This document shows, one piece after another, positions 63,882-64,000 of a stretch of DNA of 64,000 bases. This stretch comes from Bacteroidaceae bacterium (GTDB lineage Bacteria; Bacteroidota; Bacteroidia; Bacteroidales; Bacteroidaceae): assembly GCA_017448965.1 (NCBI GenBank), contig JAFSKK010000058.1:961-64960 (forward strand). Direction: 5' to 3'. The position numbers and the translations under genes were made by a program. Each line of letters begins with the position of its first letter. Position 1 is the first letter of the stretch. Under the pieces are notes generated by a model. It worked only from the letters and a program-made list of their open reading frames with translations. It ran no database searches and was not told where the DNA came from.

Positions 63882-64000
63882 CTAATTTATGATGACCTCC
63901 ACTGGGGATGTCAATGTTCTTTCTATGCCATCGGGGCCAACCACACGGATGCGGCTGATGTTGAAGAGTTTGCCACGTGTGAGTGAACGGATGCGGTTGA
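63882..64000 (-). CDS. gldM: C-terminal end of GldM (PorM), rest outside window
   Basis: Hand translation gives ...NRIRSLTRGKLFNISRIRVVGPDGIERTLTSPVEVIIN-stop (TAG at 63882-63884). It lies 7 nt upstream of gldN, the standard gldLMN order. Confidence 0.6.
   Translation of the reverse strand, partial: NRIRSLTRGKLFNISRIRVVGPDGIERTLTSPVEVIIN

Overview
This 64-kb window looks like a Bacteroidales chromosome, probably Prevotella-like. That guess rests on gene content, TAnnTTTG promoter boxes and T9SS cargo domains; no search was run.

Gene content by region:
- 1-4 kb: a truncated surface protein, tRNA-Glu(UUC), rpsT and gyrB.
- 4.1-20.8 kb, minus strand: a complete dcw cell-division and cell-wall cluster (mraZ-rsmH-ftsL-like-ftsI-murE-mraY-murD-ftsW-murG-murC-ftsQ-ftsA-ftsZ).
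- 21.4-33.7 kb: an outer-membrane beta-barrel protein, priA, a 1119-aa T9SS-secreted glycosidase-like protein, etfB-etfA with a missed 59-aa membrane ORF and a long acyl-CoA dehydrogenase, and an M61 peptidase.
- 33.8-37.3 kb: a small AT-rich islet (AAA ATPase, YbjQ/zinc-ribbon fusion, KilA-N).
- 37.6-45.4 kb: a 7TM-HD hydrolase and the thr operon (thrA, iPGM-like proposed homoserine kinase, thrC).
- 45.6-52.6 kb: two tandem GH115 paralogues and a T9SS esterase.
- 52.6-62.7 kb: an accessory island.
- 62.8-64.0 kb: gldN and the end of gldM.

The most interesting region is the accessory island. It holds a VirE/primase-like gene and a Bacteroides-type HU gene. Between them sits an AT-rich five-gene operon: a C5-cytosine methyltransferase, a small nuclease with the K-x3-RER signature of CCGG-family restriction enzymes, an HpaII-family endonuclease, and two tightly coupled proteins (324 and 282 aa) with no recognisable domains. 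This operon is my best candidate for an undescribed defence module. It is bracketed by three copies of a roughly 30-bp ACTGTAAC-octamer repeat, one of them inside the primase-like gene.

Other notable items:
- A four-helix-bundle (rRNA-IVS-type) gene flanked by 40-bp inverted decamer arrays, inserted in the thr operon, plus an empty copy of the same arms.
- A MITE-like palindrome with target-site duplication between etfB and etfA.
- A family of 23-bp-period palindromic elements.
- A phased four-copy operator-like array inside the dcw cluster.
- Several heptamer microsatellites.

I saw no rRNA, CRISPR array, integrase or transposase. All protein assignments come from motif recognition by eye and need database confirmation.
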